From Smithellaceae bacterium (GTDB taxonomy: Bacteria; Desulfobacterota; Syntrophia; Syntrophales; Smithellaceae): DNA of 64,000 nucleotides. The notes under the pieces were generated by a model. The model was not told the DNA's origin. It did no database searches and was given only the letters and a program-made list of their open reading frames with translations. The position numbers were made by a program, and so were the translations under genes. Within the stretch, counting starts at the first letter, position 1, and each line of letters begins with the position of its first letter. Where the stretch lies: assembly GCA_963667845.2 (NCBI GenBank), contig CAXXVL010000001.1:160001-224000 (forward strand). Reading direction: 5' to 3'. This document shows, in pieces, positions 60,053 to 64,000 of this stretch.

Positions 60053-61522
60053 TCAGGTAAGAGCGGGCAACGTTAAGTCTGTTTTATTTTGCCTGCCCTT
60101 GACGACCACAGCCAGTTCAACAACATAACGCTTCAACTGCTGGGCCTGACTGCTCATCTGCGCCGAGGCGCCGGCGGACTCCTCCGCTATGGCGGCCGCC
60201 TCCTGAACCACTTTGTCCATCTCGCCCACGGCCAGGCTGACCTGATTGATTCCTTTGGCCTGCTCCTGAGAGGCAGCGGCAATTTCATCGATGAGATTGC
60301 CGATCTTTCCGGCGATCAAAACATTTTCTTTAAAGGCTTGCTGGGTCTGCAGCGTCAGATCATTGCTGTTTCTCACGGTGCCGATTGTGCCCTCGATCAG
60401 GCTGGATGTCGTCTTGGCGGCTTCTGCGGCCCGCATGGCCAGATTTCTTACTTCATCAGCCACGACGGCAAAGCCGGCGCCCGCTTCTCCCGCGCGGGCG
60501 GCTTCCACGGCGGCGTTAAGAGCCAGAAGATTGGTCTGAAAAGCGATCTCGTCTATGGTCTTGACGATCTTTCCCGTTTCCTCACTGGATTTAGTGACCT
60601 CATGAATAGCTGCGGCCATGGCATTCACATGTTTGTCGACGCGGCTGACGACAGCGTTAACCTCAGCCATCAGTTTTTTAGCCTGTCCGGCATTGTCGGC
60701 ATTTTGCTTCGTCATCGCATTAATTTCCTCCAGGGAGGCCGAGGTTTCCTCCAGGGTTGCGGCCTGTTCGGATGTTCCTTTCGCCAGAGACCGGCTCGAC
60801 AGCGTCACTTCGGCCGATGCCTGGTCAACCTGATTGGACGCTTCTCTCAGGCCCTCAACTACATGATTAATCGGCCGGGTAATGCTTTTGGTGATGAAGA
60901 GGGCAATCATGCTGCAGAGAAGAACGGCGGCGATTCCCAGGATGAGGATAACGGCCCCTCCGACAAGCGTCAGCGTCCCGGCCTCACTCGCCGCGTCATC
61001 GCTGTTCGTCTGGACAATCTGCGCCGCGTCATTCATGGCATTAAGAAATCTCGACTGGACGGGCAGCACCTGAATCATGATGATGTCGCCGGCTTCGGCG
61101 TTTCTGTTGGCCCGGCCGTATACGACGGATTTATCATAAAAGACCAGCATCGGCTCCACCGCTTCCTTGATCCGGATGAAAGCTTTCCGTTCCTGGGCCG
61201 ACGTCATGGTTTTGCCAAGGCGGTTTAAATTTTCGATAACCAATGTTCTGTTGATTCGATAAAAGTCTTCCTGCGTCTTCTGGACGCTTTCTTCAACCGT
61301 CAGCGCTATATTGGAGGCCGACCTGGCCATAACATCATATTGTTTCGCGATTTCATAAAAATATTTAAGTTGGGTGATCCTGACATTGGCAACTTCCGAG
61401 ATTCTGCTGTTCATAAGACCGACTTGAATGAGGCTGATCAGGGCAATAACCGCCAAAAAAGCAATGATTGTACCGAATCCCCAGATCAACTTCGTCCCCA
61501 GTTTCGCATTGAGCAATTTCAT
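60053..61522 (-). CDS. Methyl-accepting chemotaxis protein
   Basis: Two TM segments around a helical sensor; [37 protein letters not shown] signature. Confidence 0.96.
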   Translation of the reverse strand: MKLLNAKLGTKLIWGFGTIIAFLAVIALISLIQVGLMNSRISEVANVRITQLKYFYEIAKQYDVMARSASNIALTVEESVQKTQEDFYRINRTLVIENLNRLGKTMTSAQERKAFIRIKEAVEPMLVFYDKSVVYGRANRNAEAGDIIMIQVLPVQSRFLNAMNDAAQIVQTNSDDAASEAGTLTLVGGAVILILGIAAVLLCSMIALFITKSITRPINHVVEGLREASNQVDQASAEVTLSSRSLAKGTSEQAATLEETSASLEEINAMTKQNADNAGQAKKLMAEVNAVVSRVDKHVNAMAAAIHEVTKSSEETGKIVKTIDEIAFQTNLLALNAAVEAARAGEAGAGFAVVADEVRNLAMRAAEAAKTTSSLIEGTIGTVRNSNDLTLQTQQAFKENVLIAGKIGNLIDEIAAASQEQAKGINQVSLAVGEMDKVVQEAAAIAEESAGASAQMSSQAQQLKRYVVELAVVVKGRQNKTDLTLPALT

Positions 61523-61794
61523 TCATTATCCCCTTTCTACGAGTGAACAAAAAAATATAGACATTGATTTATGTTACGATTAATATATCAATCGTTTATA
61601 TGCAAGAATACTTCTCATATGTCGACTGGCCCGGAAAATAACTTTAGCGAAAATGGTAAAATTTATGCCGATGTTCAAGAAATGCGGTGGATAAGACTAA
61701 CTGAATAGTTCTCGTCCGGTGTTTTTTGTTCCCGGTTCAAGGCGGCAGAACTGCATTTGAATACTCAAGCGATCATTAAGAAAGGACGAACGAA

Positions 61795-61965
61795 ATGAAA
61801 GAACATGGGTTTTTCGGCGGTATCTATGGAATGGCCTTTATCGGTGCGGCAATTTACTTTATCCAACATGCCACCACATTCTGGTCGGGCGTTCTCGGAT
61901 TCATCAAAGCCATTTTCTGGCCGGCATTCGTGATGTACAAAGTATTAGAGTATTTTAAGATGTAG
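61795..61965 (+). CDS. 56-aa small membrane protein (absent from the ORF track)
   Basis: RBS AAAGGA; MKEHGFFGGIYGMAFIGAAIYFIQHATTFWSGVLGFIKAIFWPAFVMYKVLEYFKM. Confidence 0.75.
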   Translation: MKEHGFFGGIYGMAFIGAAIYFIQHATTFWSGVLGFIKAIFWPAFVMYKVLEYFKM

Positions 61966-62100
61966 AGAAGTTCGTCGGAAGTGGACGCTTCGCCGGTGCC
62001 GCTCTGCGCCGGGGCGAGCGAAAGTTAATTCATGTTTCGGAAGTGAATTTTGCTTTAAGAATACAGGCAGCTCTCTGCCGGACCCGGGAGGATCGCATTC

Positions 62101-63045
62101 ATGGCCAATCTGAAAATGATTCAGGATGTTGCCGCCAAAATCGGCATTGATTACGTGACCGGACAAAAAATGATTTACACCATCAAAGACGACTATCCCG
62201 TCCAGTTGTTTGAAGGGGCGGATGGCAATACGCCCGCCGTATTGGCGGTGATTCGGTTTGATGAGAGAGGCAAGGATGAGCTGATCAGGAAGATGCTGCT
62301 TCAAGACAAAAGTATTGCGCAGACCGGATTGAAATCGAAATCCATCGAAATTAAAGACGGGATCATTATCCTCAAATGGGTCAAGGGCCTTCTCGGGTAT
62401 CCGAAACCGGAAAAAATCGCCGGGCAATTCCTGAGCGTCTTTGCCGCCGTCAAATCGGTGACCGGCCGGCCCGGCGTAAAATGCCGGGTCTGTGAATCGA
62501 AAGACATCACGGGCCCCGTCCTGATTAACGGAATGGTAGATCGAATGTGCCCGAAATGCATCGAGAACATGCAAAAGGAAATTGAAAACGTTAAAGCCGC
62601 CTATGAGGCGCTGCCGATCAATTTCCCGCTGGCCATCGCTGTGGCTGTGGTCCTGGCGATTGCCGGCGCCGCACTCTGGGCGGGTGTGATCGCTGCCACT
62701 AGTAAAATGTACTGGATCATCGCCGTTTTGGTGGGGCTGGCCATCGGCTGGGTCACGGCGAAAGCGGCAGGGAAAGGAGGACTGCCCATACAGGTCATTG
62801 TCTTTTGCGCAACGTTCGTTTCCGTTCTTCTGGGAATGATTTTCTACATCGGCTATGTCTTCCAACATGAAGCCGCGAAAGCCGGGCAACAGGTTGAATG
62901 GGGTGCGTTCGTGGGGCATGTTCCTTATATCCTGATGCAGGCAAAAGGAGATGTCGCCTTTTCACTTGCCGGCGGAGTTGTGGGTGCGTTTTACGGCGCA
63001 TTAAAAGCAGGCAAACCCGATTTGTCGGTCAAAGTTGAAAAGTGA
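62101..63045 (+). CDS. Hypothetical membrane protein with a CxxC...CxxC motif
   Basis: RBS GGAGG; soluble N-terminus, CRVC..CPKC, then about 4 TM helices. Confidence 0.85.
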   Translation: MANLKMIQDVAAKIGIDYVTGQKMIYTIKDDYPVQLFEGADGNTPAVLAVIRFDERGKDELIRKMLLQDKSIAQTGLKSKSIEIKDGIIILKWVKGLLGYPKPEKIAGQFLSVFAAVKSVTGRPGVKCRVCESKDITGPVLINGMVDRMCPKCIENMQKEIENVKAAYEALPINFPLAIAVAVVLAIAGAALWAGVIAATSKMYWIIAVLVGLAIGWVTAKAAGKGGLPIQVIVFCATFVSVLLGMIFYIGYVFQHEAAKAGQQVEWGAFVGHVPYILMQAKGDVAFSLAGGVVGAFYGALKAGKPDLSVKVEK

Positions 63046-63179
63046 AGGAATAACGGGGGTGACTTTGCTTTGGTCCCTGTCGATAAATAAACTTGATTCC
63101 CGGCCCGCGGGGGGATGGACAAAGAATCAACCACCTCCAGATCAGAATCGTCCGGGTTGCCGGGCGTCGCCGGTGAAGC

Positions 63180-63797
63180 TTATCGCGCCTGATCAGCCGA
63201 ATTTTGTAATATTCCCAATTTGCTGATCGCATCGATAATACTCACAACGGCCTGCGCCATCGCTATTTCCGCCGGCGCTGCGTAGTTGCGGTGAAGATCG
63301 ATACCGCCCATTTCCGCGCCCTGGGCCCGGTAATCATTCTCCAGGACGATCTTGCCTGTTTTATCGTAGACGGTAACGTGGTACGTGATTTCCGCGTAAT
63401 AGTCGGCATTCCGGATAAAGAAATTGTGCTTTTCGCTGAATTTATCGATGCGGGGATGAACAACAAGGACGATGCCGCTGCCGCCTCGCACCGGGAAAGC
63501 GGGCTTCGCTCCAACGACCGTCACACCCTCCGACGCCACCGTGAATGCCCTGACAAAAAGGTTCTTCGACGCAGATCCGAGATCGTAATCCAGGCCTTGC
63601 AGCTCCGCATCGGAAAAGCCTTCCCAGTGATAATTCTGGAAATCGCTATCCACGAGCAGGATAATTTTGCAGGGGATATGTTTCTTTCCCAGATCAAGCG
63701 CCGAGGTGGGATTCATCGAGAGGTGCAGGGTGCATCCGGAAACCCCCAAAGCCAGCGCGATAAACAGGACTGCCGCTATAACGTTGGTCTTCTTCAT
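63180..63797 (-). CDS. Hypothetical lipoprotein
   Basis: RBS AAGGA; MKK start, hydrophobic stretch, lipobox VSGC. Confidence 0.8.
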   Translation of the reverse strand: MKKTNVIAAVLFIALALGVSGCTLHLSMNPTSALDLGKKHIPCKIILLVDSDFQNYHWEGFSDAELQGLDYDLGSASKNLFVRAFTVASEGVTVVGAKPAFPVRGGSGIVLVVHPRIDKFSEKHNFFIRNADYYAEITYHVTVYDKTGKIVLENDYRAQGAEMGGIDLHRNYAAPAEIAMAQAVVSIIDAISKLGILQNSADQAR

Positions 63798-63938
63798 CGA
63801 TCCATCCTTTCCGGATGATTGCGGTCATGCCCTTTCGAAGCGGCCTTAAGTTTTGCTGCTGAGCTTTTTACTCTTGACCTTGTCACCCCGGCCAGGACTA
63901 AAAACGCTCCACAGGTGCGGACGCGATTCGGCGTTCGG

Positions 63939-64000
63939 TTAGCGGATTTTTTTCCCCTTCATGCCGGAGAGCTCCTGACGCAGTTGGGCAATCTCCTCTT
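63939..64000 (-). CDS. 3' end of a CDS entering from the right edge
   Basis: ...EEIAQLRQELSGMKGKKIR, stop TAA at 63939-63941. Confidence 0.5.
   Translation of the reverse strand, partial: EEIAQLRQELSGMKGKKIR

Noticed and set aside
60089..61228. 379-aa + strand ORF
   Set aside because: Antisense shadow of the MCP gene with no recognisable motifs. The same applies to 3140-4306, 16523-17563, 19728-20762, 49200-50180, 54077-55090 and 61945-62919.

Overview
A 64-kb chromosomal stretch from what looks like an anaerobic, fatty-acid-degrading deltaproteobacterium (Syntrophales-like; inferred from gene content, not from a database hit). It is mostly metabolic and transport genes: cytochrome bd (cydAB), three MFS transporters, acyl-CoA ligases, two CoA-transferases, an ACP-acyl-AMP ligase-acyltransferase fusion, a desaturase, an OYE-type reductase, an ABC-F protein and an MCP. 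No rRNA, tRNA or CRISPR array was seen. Most notable: (1) a ~12-kb sigma54 module (13.5-25.3 kb) in which an SDR-thiolase-acyl-CoA dehydrogenase-4-hydroxybutyryl-CoA dehydratase-CoA-transferase operon and a convergent MFS gene each carry a GG-N10-GC promoter with matching enhancer-box pairs at nearly identical spacing, possibly an anaerobic 4-oxo/4-hydroxy-acid catabolic regulon; (2) a ~750-aa protein with an apparent XRE-HTH + degenerate class III nucleotidyl cyclase + TPR-like architecture; (3) three intergenic repeat families, including a ~180-nt nested hairpin with compensatory base changes between copies; (4) IS1182 and IS3 remnants and an AT-rich cassette-like patch with attC-like hairpins. 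All family calls come from motif recognition by eye; no searches were run.
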